Assembly (NCBI GenBank): GCA_017996625.1
Contig: JAGOGO010000003.1
Coordinates: 1-57,061, forward strand
DNA length: 57,061 nucleotides
Direction of reading: 5' to 3'
From: Deltaproteobacteria bacterium
GTDB taxonomy: Bacteria; Desulfobacterota; WTBG01; JAGOGO01
This document shows, one piece after another, positions 47,637-56,633 of the stretch. The stretch's first letter is position 1. Every line of letters starts with the position of its first letter. Below the pieces are notes generated by a model that did not search any database, was not told where the DNA came from, and saw only the letters and a program-made list of their open reading frames with translations. The position numbers and the translations under genes were made by a program.

Positions 47637-48034
47637 CGCCTGCTTAATGCAGCAGTAAAGAAATCCGCGGGGGATCCGAATCGATTATGCAGCACCCCGG
47701 GGTTTGTGTCCTGCTTGTCTGCGGTCATGCGGCATGGGTGCTCTGCGCCTGTGGCTTTTTTCCGTCTCTGGTCGCTCCAGGTCTTTTGTACCGGTTCTTC
47801 TTCGCGCTGTTTTGCTGAGAGTGTTTCCGGATCCGCAGCGACGATCCAGGAGAAGCAATGGGTATCCCCTTGGGGATACTTTTCCATAGCCTTGATTCAC
47901 CACCAGCAACGTTGTAAATAAACCGTGACTAATGAGAGTCATACACCGTGCTGGTGCTTTGTCGAGAGGCACCTCGGAGAACTGCTGGGTGCTCGCTTGT
48001 ATTTATAAGACGGATTTGTCGCAGTACGCGGCTA

Positions 48035-48250
48035 TTACTTGCGAATGCGGTTAGCCAGCAGATTCTTGGCACAATCAGCAAGGTCCTGATAATTCTCCTG
48101 GACATCCCTCAGGTACTGTACTACTTCCCGGTCGCCTTCACGTTCGGCATCATGCATATACTGTTCAGTTGTTTCGAGTCCCTGTAATGCATGGTATAAG
48201 ACGCTGACCAGATCATAGTCCTTATTTTTCATTGCCTCACGGTGTGGCAT
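48035..48250 (-). CDS. Small helical hypothetical protein (71 aa)
   Basis: MPHREAMKNKDYDLVSVLYHALQGLETTEQYMHDAEREGDREVVQYLRDVQENYQDLADCAKNLLANRIRK. Two predicted helices, half-ferritin-like in composition. No family named. Confidence 0.6.
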   Translation of the reverse strand: MPHREAMKNKDYDLVSVLYHALQGLETTEQYMHDAEREGDREVVQYLRDVQENYQDLADCAKNLLANRIRK

Positions 48251-48353
48251 AGGTATTTCTCCTCATACAGCTGTTTCACGTTAGCGCCTTTTCTGGGAAC
48301 AGTCCCGGTGCTTGATCGCCACAGCGGCAGTCGCCGTTGCAGCCGTGATGCTT

Positions 48354-48560
48354 TCAGAGCTTGGCGTTTTCCGAGACAGGTTCTACCTTGAAGCTCTCAA
48401 TGTGGGCAAGTGAAATGTAGCTGACATCTTCCTTGAAATAACTCCGGAGCGCAACATACTGGTCACCTACTTCTTGAATGATTCCAAGATATGATTCGAC
48501 TCCGGAAATCGTATAAACGCGTACGGTCTTGTTTGCGAATTGCCTGAGAAGTTCTCTCAT
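48354..48560 (-). CDS. Small hypothetical protein (68 aa), Sm-like/DUF2642-like beta-rich pattern
   Basis: MRELLRQFANKTVRVYTISGVESYLGIIQEVGDQYVALRSYFKEDVSYISLAHIESFKV. Strong RBS AGGAGGTG upstream of ATG 48560. Confidence 0.6.
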   Translation of the reverse strand: MRELLRQFANKTVRVYTISGVESYLGIIQEVGDQYVALRSYFKEDVSYISLAHIESFKVEPVSENAKL

Positions 48561-48920
48561 TGTCTGCACCTCCTTCGTATGCATCAGCTGCTTCTGAAGG
48601 CTCCTGTTGTGTTGCACGCACAGATTCATCCGCTGCAAAAGGGCAGAAAACCCCCTGGGACCGCCTGCCCTCGTTGCCGGTTTTGCCCATGGCTAAAAAT
48701 CTCCGGCCCTGACACTACGAAAGCTGGCATTAGATCCCTTTCTCTCTTATACTTATCCGAGACAAGGCCGGTATACTGCCTTGATAGTATTTTCTATGCT
48801 GTGCTCGGGTAAACCGTTGCACATAGCCTGGTACACCTCGCGCGGTCCCCCGAGATCTCAGCGGTAAGTAGCTGAGAATACGGGGCACGGATCCTGGGTA
48901 GTGAGAAAAAGGAGATGTGA

Positions 48921-51900
48921 ATGGCTATCAAAAGTGTAACGAGGCGGCGTGTGCTCGCAGCGGGCGCCGCTTTTCTTGTGGTTTGCGCTGCGCTGGTGTT
49001 CTTCTTTCCATCCCTGATGATTCGTCTGTTTCAGGATACGATGGTCAGCGCCTTATCGGCTCGATTAGGTGCCGAGATACACGTCGAAGATATAGCGGCT
49101 CGCATCGTTCCGGAGCCGAGAGTGATCATCAGCCAGACAAGACTGTCGGCGCCGGGAAGAATAAGCGCGACTATTCCATCCATCATTGCCTATCCGGATT
49201 TCTCCCGCCTTCTTTCCGGACAGATTCTGAGCGGGCGTTATTACGTGGAGAGTCCGCAGGTCAGTTTGGTTTTTTCGCCTCGATCAGAAGACGAGAGGCC
49301 TTCGGAGTCCATGCTTTTCCCCGAAGAAGTGTCAGAGCGGGCGGTCAACGCTCTCACCCTTGGTGGAAAGTTCTCCGGTACCTGCACCATCAGCAATGGC
49401 GCTGCAGTTATTATGCACCAGGACCATCACCGGCGTATTCAGATCAAGGACATTCACGTAGTTCTGAGCCGTGATTCGGAGGCTGCACAGTTCGAGTGCC
49501 GCGCCAGCGCACCACTTTGGGAAGAGTTTTTCGTTGCCGGACGCCTGACCGTGCCTGAAGGGAGTGGACGCGCCTCGTTGCACATTCGGAGATGTCTGCT
49601 GCAGCAGGTGACGGAGTTCTTTTTTCCAGCAGCTGAGCGGGTTCGGCTCGGAGCGGCGGATGTGGAGGCGCTGACCGCCTTTCTTGGAGAAGAAGGCATA
49701 TCATCACATCTCGATCTCACCGGTCGAGATGAACCGCATGATGCTGCAGAGCTTCGTAACCGGTACATCTTCCGGCTGCAGAAACTCCGGGCAGCAGGAA
49801 CGCTGAAAGACGGAATTGTATCAGTTGCATTTCCCGAAATACGATTCCGGCAGCCCGGTGTGACTGCTGCGGCAGAATTCTTAAGAACCAATGAGTCACC
49901 CAGAATCCGGTGCTCGTTATCCAGTACCACGATTACTGTAGACCTGCTGAAAGAGGCGGCTGCGCAGCTCGTGCCGGATTCCCGGCTGGCGAGCAGACTC
50001 CTGAACATAGTGCAAGCTGGAAGCTTTCCTGCTCTCACGGCAGTTCTTGAGGCCGATCGTACTGCTGATCTGTTAAGGGCTGACAATATTCGTCTGCACA
50101 GCACAATTACTGACGGAAAGATTTTTATTCCCAAGGCAGAACTGGAGCTGGAGGAGGTCCTGGGAACGGTGACAGTACGTGGCGGGATCCTCGAGAGCAC
50201 TATCGATCATGCCCGTCTGGGAGCGATCACCGGCCGGGATGGCACGGCCACGGTGGATCTCCTCACTCCGGGACGGCCGTTCGATGTTTCTGTGAGAGTG
50301 CAGAGCGAACTCGTTCACCTCCTGCCGCTTCTCAAGACGTGGGTCAGGAATATGACATTTCTGAACGCTGTTGAGAGAATTCAGGACCTGCAGGGTGCGG
50401 CAACAGGAACGTTTATGATATCCGGTGACCCGCAGGGAATAACGGCATCCGCTGAAGTGGACAGCTTCAATCTCCGGGCCAGTGCTTCCGGACTTCCTTT
50501 CCCGGTCCGGATTGATAACGGCGCCTTCTCGTATTCCGGGAATAGGATAGCGGCTCACGGTCTCACCGGTGCCTGGGGAGCATCGACTTTTTCCGACCTC
50601 ACCATAGCGCTTCAGACCGGTGACCAGCCGCTGCTGAGTATATCCTGCCCGGGTACGATACGATTGGCACTGCAACAGGTGTATCCCTGGGTGCGCGAGC
50701 TGGCTGGAGCCAGGCTGCGTTCCCGCTGGATTCCTGATGTGCAGAGCGGTACCGCGATATTTGAGGAGACGCAGTTCAGGACGCCGTTGCGAGACTTGAG
50801 CAATGGGACGTTCCGCTTTGCCGGACATGCAGAGGCTGTTGTATTCCGCTTGGTGCCTCTTAACCAGTCAGTAACTCTGACCACGGCAGCGTTCAACGTG
50901 ATTCCCGATGCGATCACCTTCAGTAAAGCCGAGGTTCGCGCTGACGGCAGCGCGCTGAACGGCTCTGGCCGGGTTGCCGGCTATCTCGGGAACAGGCGGC
51001 GGGCAGAAGTGCAGTTTCAGGGACTCCTGCAGCAGCCGGAGATACATCGAATACTGACCTTCGTGAGGCCGGACCGGGCGGTTCGGTTCGCCGGACCAGT
51101 AAGCATCTCGGCCGGATCCGTGGTGTGGGGGCCTGGTGAGACCGCAACCGCAGCGGCAACCATCATCGGCCAGCAGAATGTCGAGGCGGATATATCCTTT
51201 TATCGCGAATCTCCGGCGCAGGCCCGGTATGTGATCGCTCTCAGTCAGGGCGGAACTCGCGCTTCGATTGTAATCAGCAAGAACAGGCGCCTCTTTGAGT
51301 TGAAGGCCCAAGGAGAGCTTACCGAAGCGCTCGTCGACGGCATCCTTCAGGAAAATAAAATTCTTAGCGGGAAGGTAAAAGCCGACCTCTTCGTCCGGCT
51401 TGACCTGGACGATCTTGCCAGCACGACGGTACAGGGAGAACTCACCGGAGAGGACATTATCGTACCATGGGCGAAAGCTGAAGGGGTTTCCTTCGTTGTA
51501 CAGTCACTCGATCTGAGAGCAGAGCAGCAGGCAGGCTATCTCGACCATGCGGTTGTCTCGTGGCAGGACCGCGTTTTCGATTTGACCGGATCGATAGAGC
51601 GTTCCGGAGATCACTTTGCGGCAGACATGGAGCTTATTACCGGAAGCCTAGATTGGAATCTGCTGAGTTCTCTGATTCCAGAAGGCGAATCCGAGAGAAC
51701 AGCACCTGAAAGAGGGAGGCCGTTGCCTATCGAAGCTCGATTGACCGTCCGTGCGGGTGAGTTTTCGTACGGTGATTTTACCTGGGATCCTTTTTATGCA
51801 CTTGTTTCTCTAAGTCGGGACCGGACGGTACAAGTGGAGGTAACCGACGCCGAACTCTGCGCAATTGCCACTCCAGGCCTGATCGCTATTTCCTCCGAAG

Positions 51901-52559
51901 GCATAGAGGCTGCTTTTCAGATGTTGGCCTCAGACGCGAATCTCGCTCCTACGATTACCTGCCTGCAAGGCGGCAAAAAGGTCATTGGAGGCAACTATGA
52001 TCTCACCGGCGAGATTCATCTGGCCAGGAAAAACGGAACCGGACCCCTTATGAACAGCCTGGATGGGCAGATAGAGTTCCAGGCACGCGAAGGCAGGCTT
52101 CACCGGTTGGGAATTGTCGGTAAGATACTTACTGTGCTCAGCGTAATGGATGTTGTGCAAATCAAACTTCCCGAGTTGTTCCAGGAAGGAATCGCCTATG
52201 ATTCGATTCTCATCACAGGACAGGCTGACCGTGGTATTCTGGTGTGTGACACTATCACTATGAAGGGACCATCGCTCGGTCTCGCGGGCGAAGGCACCAT
52301 CGACCTCATCAACAAACAACTCGATCTTACCATTCTTGCTGCTCCTTTGCAGCGGCTTGACCGGATCCTGCAATATGTTCCGCTGGTAAACACCATTCTG
52401 GGAGGCGAAGTAGTGACTGTTCCTGTCAAGGTTAGCGGTGACTGGAATAACCCGGCGGTGAAAACAGCGCCTGTTTCCGCGGTCCGGGGCAATGTGACGC
52501 GGATCATGAAAAATACGCTCAACCTTCCCCTGAAGCTGATTGAGCCGTTGGTCAAATGA
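48921..52559 (+). CDS. AsmA/YhdP-like large envelope protein (1212 aa)
   Basis: N-terminal TM anchor (VLAAGAAFLVVCAALVFFF), a long beta-rich body, and a C-terminal AsmA-like region (LDGQIEFQAREGRLHRLGIVGKILTVLS...GLAGEGTIDLINKQLDLTILAAP...VKVSGDWNNPAV). RBS AAGGAG. Confidence 0.75.
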   Translation: MAIKSVTRRRVLAAGAAFLVVCAALVFFFPSLMIRLFQDTMVSALSARLGAEIHVEDIAARIVPEPRVIISQTRLSAPGRISATIPSIIAYPDFSRLLSGQILSGRYYVESPQVSLVFSPRSEDERPSESMLFPEEVSERAVNALTLGGKFSGTCTISNGAAVIMHQDHHRRIQIKDIHVVLSRDSEAAQFECRASAPLWEEFFVAGRLTVPEGSGRASLHIRRCLLQQVTEFFFPAAERVRLGAADVEALTAFLGEEGISSHLDLTGRDEPHDAAELRNRYIFRLQKLRAAGTLKDGIVSVAFPEIRFRQPGVTAAAEFLRTNESPRIRCSLSSTTITVDLLKEAAAQLVPDSRLASRLLNIVQAGSFPALTAVLEADRTADLLRADNIRLHSTITDGKIFIPKAELELEEVLGTVTVRGGILESTIDHARLGAITGRDGTATVDLLTPGRPFDVSVRVQSELVHLLPLLKTWVRNMTFLNAVERIQDLQGAATGTFMISGDPQGITASAEVDSFNLRASASGLPFPVRIDNGAFSYSGNRIAAHGLTGAWGASTFSDLTIALQTGDQPLLSISCPGTIRLALQQVYPWVRELAGARLRSRWIPDVQSGTAIFEETQFRTPLRDLSNGTFRFAGHAEAVVFRLVPLNQSVTLTTAAFNVIPDAITFSKAEVRADGSALNGSGRVAGYLGNRRRAEVQFQGLLQQPEIHRILTFVRPDRAVRFAGPVSISAGSVVWGPGETATAAATIIGQQNVEADISFYRESPAQARYVIALSQGGTRASIVISKNRRLFELKAQGELTEALVDGILQENKILSGKVKADLFVRLDLDDLASTTVQGELTGEDIIVPWAKAEGVSFVVQSLDLRAEQQAGYLDHAVVSWQDRVFDLTGSIERSGDHFAADMELITGSLDWNLLSSLIPEGESERTAPERGRPLPIEARLTVRAGEFSYGDFTWDPFYALVSLSRDRTVQVEVTDAELCAIATPGLIAISSEGIEAAFQMLASDANLAPTITCLQGGKKVIGGNYDLTGEIHLARKNGTGPLMNSLDGQIEFQAREGRLHRLGIVGKILTVLSVMDVVQIKLPELFQEGIAYDSILITGQADRGILVCDTITMKGPSLGLAGEGTIDLINKQLDLTILAAPLQRLDRILQYVPLVNTILGGEVVTVPVKVSGDWNNPAVKTAPVSAVRGNVTRIMKNTLNLPLKLIEPLVK

Positions 52560-52627
52560 TCACCGGAATAACTATGCGCTGTCATACGCTTTCTGCAGCT
52601 GTAAAATACGGTATTTACCCCATAGGC

Positions 52628-52655
52628 TTGACAGCGCAATCCACCGTACTATAAA
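52628..52655 (+). promoter_or_regulatory. Sigma70-type promoter upstream of the nitroreductase gene
   Basis: TTGACA, 16-nt spacer, TATAAA. Confidence 0.55.
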
Positions 52656-52714
52656 GCGTATCTCCAGTGAAAGAAGAGTCCCCTGTGCCTGTGAACCACC
52701 GGAGGAGGAATGTG

Positions 52715-53680
52715 ATGAAGAGAAATACACTGCTTGCAGCATTGATAACCTGCTTAGCCCTGATGCCAGCAGGTTTCCTTTCTGCTGACGATTGGGGTGG
52801 TCACGGTATAGCCCCTCAGGACACCAAAGCCTTAGCTACTATTCAGCTTCCGGCACCACAGGTTACGAACGGCCTCCCTCTGCTGCAGGTGCTTCTGGAG
52901 CGCAAGTCGCAGCGATCCTTCAGCACTCGCAAGCTGCCGATGCAGATCCTGGGAAATCTGCTTTGGTCCGGGTTTGGCGTAAACCGTGTTGAAAACGGGA
53001 AGCGGACCGCTCCTTCTTCTCAGAACAAGCAGGAAACGGATATTTATGTTGCTCTGGAAGAGGGTCTCTACTACTATGATGCGATGCTTCATCAGCTCCA
53101 GCTTGTGAGTACCGCGGATCTGCGGGAAGAGACCGCGGCTGGGCGGGATCGCGAGTACGTGGCTTCTGCCCCCGTGGATTTTATCTACGTAGCTGATACA
53201 AGCAAGCAGCCGGAAGAAACAACCTGCTTTGCGGACACCGGATTTATTGCCCAGAATGTTTATCTTTGCTGCGCTTCCGAGAACCTGGCGGTAGTGGTAC
53301 GGGGCGGTGTTCCTCGAGATGAGTTAGCTCAGGTGATGGGTCTTGCCGCAAACCAGATCATCACGCTTTGTCAGACCATCGGATATGTTCCTGGTCAGGA
53401 GCCGAATGAGCCGGCTGATGTAACCGGTGACGGAATTATCGATGCCACCTCAGTCATTGTGGACCAGGATCGCAACCGGCAGCTGAGTGTCGGTGATACA
53501 TTCACTCACTGGTTTGAGAATGAGACGATCCAAACAGGAACATTAGACCAAGGTCATATCGACTGGATTGTGGCGTCGGGACAGCCGCTCACTGCGGCTG
53601 GTCTGCAAGCAGCGGCAAATGCGCTTAATAACGGCTTCCGATGGTCTGGTCTGCAGCTGGTTTCCCCTGGGACAATCTGA
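52715..53680 (+). CDS. Nitroreductase-family (SagB/ThcOx-like) protein with an N-terminal signal peptide and a C-terminal extension carrying a dockerin/EF-hand-like loop
   Basis: MKRNTLLAALITCLALMPAGFLSA signal; LLERKSQRSFS...LLWSGFGVNR...TGFIAQNVYLCCASENLAVV core; C-terminal ADVTGDGIIDATSV. RBS GGAGGAGG upstream of ATG 52715. Confidence 0.7.
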   Translation: MKRNTLLAALITCLALMPAGFLSADDWGGHGIAPQDTKALATIQLPAPQVTNGLPLLQVLLERKSQRSFSTRKLPMQILGNLLWSGFGVNRVENGKRTAPSSQNKQETDIYVALEEGLYYYDAMLHQLQLVSTADLREETAAGRDREYVASAPVDFIYVADTSKQPEETTCFADTGFIAQNVYLCCASENLAVVVRGGVPRDELAQVMGLAANQIITLCQTIGYVPGQEPNEPADVTGDGIIDATSVIVDQDRNRQLSVGDTFTHWFENETIQTGTLDQGHIDWIVASGQPLTAAGLQAAANALNNGFRWSGLQLVSPGTI

Positions 53681-53899
53681 CCCGGCCGACCGACAAGGTA
53701 CAATTCTCCAAAGCACCGGGTTTCGAATACCTCCCGAAGCAGCCGGCCACTCAGGTGCGAAATACGTACGCATCAGGTTGAGCCGACGTTCATTCCTTTA
53801 ACTATTTCCTTCAAAACCTGCCGGAATTATGGTAATCACTGTAGCTTACCGGCTTTTTATGCCGGTTGTGCGAAATGTTCTTTCGATAAGGAGAAAGTG

Positions 53900-54655
53900 A
53901 TGCTCATTGTTGAGGACCTACAGGTAAAGCTCGGGAACAAAGAGATCCTCAAACACATTGATTTAGAGATCAGGCCGGGAGAAACCCACATTCTTTTCGG
54001 CCCAAACGGGTCCGGGAAGACGTCGTTGCTGATGACGATCATGGGATATCCTCAGTATCGGGTTACCGGAGGAAAGATCCTGTTCAAAGGTGAAGAGATT
54101 ACCTTTATGCCGGTTCATGAACGGGCAAAGCTGGGCATTGGCATGTCGTATCAACGGCCGCCTACGATTCATGGTCTAAAAACCCGGCAGATGGTTCAGA
54201 TTTGCGGCAAGGAAGCGGTTAACGTTGAAGAACTGGCGAGAAAAATGAATTTCGATAGCTTCCTTGATCGAGACATTAACGCCGGGTTCTCCGGTGGAGA
54301 AATAAAACGTTCGGAGCTCGTCCAGCTGATGGCTCAGGATCCCGACCTTCTGCTGTTCGATGAGCCTGAGTCGGGAGTCGATCTGGAGAATATAGCGCTC
54401 ATAGGAAACACTATCAGCCATCTCCTTCAGCGTGATATTCATTCTGATCCGCTGAAATCGCAAAAAATGGTCCACGCTGGACGGCATAAGATGGGTCTCA
54501 TAATTACCCACACTGGATTTATTCTGGATTATGTTACCGCTGATAAGGGGCAGGTGCTCTATCAGGGGGTGCTGGCCTGCAAGATCAATCCGGCTGAAAT
54601 CTTTCACTGCATCAAGGAATTGGGCTACGAGGAGTGTGTGCGATGCGCGATTTAG
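53900..54655 (+). CDS. sufC: SufC-type Fe-S cluster assembly ATPase
   Basis: Walker A GPNGSGKTS, signature FSGGEIKRSEL, Walker B LLLFDEPESGVD, and adjacency to a SufB/D gene. Confidence 0.85.
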   Translation: MLIVEDLQVKLGNKEILKHIDLEIRPGETHILFGPNGSGKTSLLMTIMGYPQYRVTGGKILFKGEEITFMPVHERAKLGIGMSYQRPPTIHGLKTRQMVQICGKEAVNVEELARKMNFDSFLDRDINAGFSGGEIKRSELVQLMAQDPDLLLFDEPESGVDLENIALIGNTISHLLQRDIHSDPLKSQKMVHAGRHKMGLIITHTGFILDYVTADKGQVLYQGVLACKINPAEIFHCIKELGYEECVRCAI

Positions 54656-55854
54656 ATGGGAAAGCTCTACAGGCAAAGGATAAGAAGGCACTCTACGGAC
54701 CGGACGTCGATCTTCAGTCGTTTAAGATCGATGCCAGCCCCCATGCCTATCTGACGGACCTCCGCGCTCTGTCGCAGGAAGATCGAGACCACATAATCCA
54801 GGCCGGCATTGACACTGGGGAACAGGAACGATCAGGAACCTTCATTCAGAAAGACACTTCGGTAATTCATGCTCATTCACGGGTGGAAGGACTGGAAATC
54901 ATCCCCATCAAGCAGGCTCTGGAAACGTACGATTGGGTTCAGGAGTACTACTGGAAGCTGGCGTCGGTCGATACCGATAAATTTACTGCTCAAGCACATC
55001 TTAATCTGCATGACGGATACGTCATTCGGGCGCTGCCCGGGGCAAAAGTCGTATATCCGGTTCAGGCATGTCTCTATATCGGAAAGGAAGGCTTGAATCA
55101 GAACGTACACAATCTCATCATTGCGGAAGAGGATTCGGAACTGCACATGATCACCGGATGCCAGACTGCTCCTCACGTCAAGAGTGGTCTGCACGTCGGC
55201 ATATCGGAATTCTATGTAAAAAAGAATGCCAAGCTAAGCTTCACCATGATCCATAATTGGGCCGAAGAAATGATGGTGCGGCCGCGATCAGTAGGACAGG
55301 TGGAGGAGGGTGGACTCTTTCTGAACAACTATATCTGCATGAAGCCGGTAAAATCGATCCAAATGTATCCCACCACACACTTGGTCGGGAAAGGTGCTGT
55401 AGCACGCTTTTACAGCTTGCTCGTGGGAAGCCCGGGATGCGAGATGGATGTCGGCGGCCGCATTTTTCTCAAGAGCGAAGAAACCCGCGCAGAAATCATT
55501 GCCCGTACTATTAGTAACGGCGGCACCATTATATCACGTGGAGAGCTCATCGGTGACGTACCGGGAATCAAGGCGCACCTGGAGTGTCGCGGACTCATTC
55601 TCAAAGGAGGAATCATTCACGCAATACCCGAGCTGGTTGGCCGGGTAGAGGGAGTGGAGATGTCCCATGAGGCAGCGGTAGGCAAGATAGCCCAGGAAGA
55701 AGTCCTCTATCTTATGTCACGTGGCCTTACTGAAGATGAGGCTGTAGCCACCATTGTACGAGGTTTCCTCACGGTGGACATTCCCGGTTTGCCATCTCAG
55801 CTAAAGGCTGAAATCGATCGGGCCGTGGACCTGAGTGATAAGGAAGTGATGTGA
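54643..55854 (+). CDS. sufB: SufB/SufD-family Fe-S cluster assembly scaffold protein
   Basis: C-terminal beta-helix region with HEAAVGKIAQEEVLYLMSRGLTEDEAVATIVRGF, typical of SufB/D. Overlaps the sufC stop by 13 nt. Confidence 0.8.
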   Translation: MRDLDGKALQAKDKKALYGPDVDLQSFKIDASPHAYLTDLRALSQEDRDHIIQAGIDTGEQERSGTFIQKDTSVIHAHSRVEGLEIIPIKQALETYDWVQEYYWKLASVDTDKFTAQAHLNLHDGYVIRALPGAKVVYPVQACLYIGKEGLNQNVHNLIIAEEDSELHMITGCQTAPHVKSGLHVGISEFYVKKNAKLSFTMIHNWAEEMMVRPRSVGQVEEGGLFLNNYICMKPVKSIQMYPTTHLVGKGAVARFYSLLVGSPGCEMDVGGRIFLKSEETRAEIIARTISNGGTIISRGELIGDVPGIKAHLECRGLILKGGIIHAIPELVGRVEGVEMSHEAAVGKIAQEEVLYLMSRGLTEDEAVATIVRGFLTVDIPGLPSQLKAEIDRAVDLSDKEVM

Positions 55855-55937
55855 AGGGAAGTATAGGCCATACAAGATTGTACGACCTATACAAGTACTC
55901 AACCTTGAACCCTTTCCGAGCGGAACAGAGCAGCGCC

Positions 55938-56585
55938 ATGAAAGTGATCGCTCCCTCCCACGAGATTCTCTATCTGCCTGATGAGGGCTTTATCCTTCGT
56001 CACATCGAAGCTGCAGGTCGTGTCTGCTATAAGTCTGAAGATCGGATCACGGAAGACTCGGCGTACGCGTTCGTCCAGCGTCTCCTTGATTCAGGGCACC
56101 ACAGTGTTCTGGAGCATGGAAGCATCACGGTCCGGTTTGTCTGTGATCGGGGAATAAGCCATGAACTGGTTCGACATCGGCTGGCATCATATAGTCAGGA
56201 AAGTACACGATATGCCAATTACAGTAAGAACAAATTCGGAAACGAGATAACCGTCATCAGACCATGCTTCTGGTCCGAGGATTCTCCGGGGTATCAGACC
56301 TGGCTCAATGCTGTGAAACAGGCAGAGCAAGCCTATATGAGCCTCATTGCGTCAGGTATTAAGCCGGAGCAGGCCCGCACGGTTCTTCCCAATAGTCTGA
56401 AGACCGAAATTATTATGACCTGCAGTATCAGAGAGTGGCGGCATGTATTGAGCCTCCGCTGTGCTGGCTCAGCACATCCTCAGATGCGGGAAATCATGCT
56501 GCCATTATTGGATGATTTGCACCAGCGCCTGCCGGTTTTCTTTGCTGATCTTTACGCCAAGTACCGCCACGACACACGGAAATGA
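55938..56585 (+). CDS. thyX: FAD-dependent thymidylate synthase ThyX
   Basis: ThyX motif RHRLASYSQESTRY. ATG 55938 gives 215 aa. An upstream in-frame GTG at 55851 overlaps the sufB stop (GTGA) and is an alternative start. Confidence 0.88.
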   Translation: MKVIAPSHEILYLPDEGFILRHIEAAGRVCYKSEDRITEDSAYAFVQRLLDSGHHSVLEHGSITVRFVCDRGISHELVRHRLASYSQESTRYANYSKNKFGNEITVIRPCFWSEDSPGYQTWLNAVKQAEQAYMSLIASGIKPEQARTVLPNSLKTEIIMTCSIREWRHVLSLRCAGSAHPQMREIMLPLLDDLHQRLPVFFADLYAKYRHDTRK

Positions 56586-56633
56586 GCCACACAACAGTAA
56601 GGGATAGAGTTGACCGCGAGGAGGACAGCAATT

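Noticed and set aside
47540-47972. ORFs 47540-47887(-), 47685-47972(-), 47704-47889(+) and 47706-47921(+)
   Set aside because: These are mutually overlapping ORFs in several frames of a GC-rich stretch. One reads through a strong terminator hairpin, and the others are Arg/Cys-rich without RBS. The region is treated as a candidate non-coding RNA or UTR.
48917-49474. 185-aa ORF in an alternative frame at the start of the AsmA-like gene
   Set aside because: It is out of frame with the 1212-aa ORF, which has the RBS and a TM anchor. Its Arg/Ser-rich composition marks it as an artefact.
53829-53900. 23-codon upstream ORF (MVITVAYRLFMPVVRNVLSIRRK) ending in TGATG at the sufC start
   Set aside because: The geometry would allow translational coupling, but there is no Shine-Dalgarno sequence and no evidence of conservation. 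It is too speculative to call.
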